DNA from: Octopus vulgaris | Taxonomy: Eukaryota | NCBI GenBank assembly: GCA_951406725.2 | Contig: OX597833.1 | Coordinates: 71,734,001-71,798,000, forward strand | Direction: 5' to 3' | DNA length: 64,000 bases | Shown here: in pieces, positions 63,264 through 64,000 of the stretch | Position numbering within the stretch: position 1 is the stretch's first letter | Layout of the letters: each line of letters opens with the position of its first letter | Notes under the pieces: model-generated | What the model was told of the DNA's origin: nothing | Seen by the model: only the letters and a program-made list of their open reading frames with translations | The model's database searches: none | Made by a program: the position numbers and the translations under genes

Positions 63264-64000
63264 GTAAGAATGGTTCCAATATTTTATTTCTTTCCTTCCA
63301 GTCACCCTAACGGTCTGGAAGCATTTTTATTTAAGGAAATTCTTGTTATGACTTAGTCAGGTGGGGGGGAGGGTGATTAAGGGACAGGCCCTTGACATTT
63401 TTGAGCAGGAGTTTCAAAACTAATGAAAGAAAGAGAAGAAGGAATCTGAGACATGGTGCAAATGCTAAAGGTACCAAAGGTCTGGGTGGGTGGTGGTGGT
63501 TGTTGTTGTTTGAGTAACGGTAAATTTGCTGTTTTAAAACAGATCCATTTCTGTGGGAAAGAAAGAAAGAGAGAGAGAGTGTGTGTGTGTGTGAAAGGTT
63601 GTGAAGATGAATGTGGTTGTGTGTGTTTTAAAATTAGGTTTTATGGGATAGAAAAGGGAAGGACAGTCTGGAGCAATTTATTTCTGTCAATTTATGAAGA
63701 GATTTTTGTCTTACAAAACTGGAAAAGCTTTCTCCATCTTGTATTGCTTTTCTTCCTTCCTTCCTTTCTTCCTTCCTTCCTTGGTAGATTCATAGAGGAA
63801 CCATCATGGCATCTGATGTATCATATGTAGTTTGAGTCTTGGAGGAGTTCTTCCCTCTCCAGGTCCGACTGCAGCTGATTTCTTCCAGAAAGAGAGACAA
63901 AAGGAATGAAAAAGTGAAAGAAAGAAAGAGAATTAGAGAGGTGGTCCTTTATTTATTGATCCCCCCCCTACAAAAAAAAGGACGAAAGGCAAAGTTTACC

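Overview
Eukaryotic, AT-rich, repeat-dense animal DNA. The SINE/LINE/MITE repertoire and heavy (CA)/(TA)/(TAA) microsatellite load suggest a cephalopod (octopus-like) genome; this is an inference. Most ORF-track entries are microsatellite or repeat artefacts. The one confidently identifiable gene is UTP4/CIRH1A (WD40 t-UTP/UtpA subunit of the SSU processome) on the + strand. It has a CpG/ETS promoter near 43.9-44.6 kb and 14 phase-consistent GT-AG coding exons from 47839 to 63263 (521 codons), and it continues past the window end. The first 43 kb is mostly transposon debris: three tRNA-SINE-like families, RTE-clade LINEs (one with a twin-priming-type 5' inversion), R4/Dong-like RLE LINE ends in (TAA)n, CR1 3' ends, Helitrons, and Merlin/hAT-, piggyBac-, Tigger- and mariner-like MITEs. 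A candidate small spliced orphan gene lies on the - strand (12842-7509). The most notable non-coding signal is a set of type I hammerhead-ribozyme cores with tiny palindromic helix III, plus several long fold-back palindromes. Together these point to Penelope-like or retrozyme-type self-cleaving mobile RNAs.
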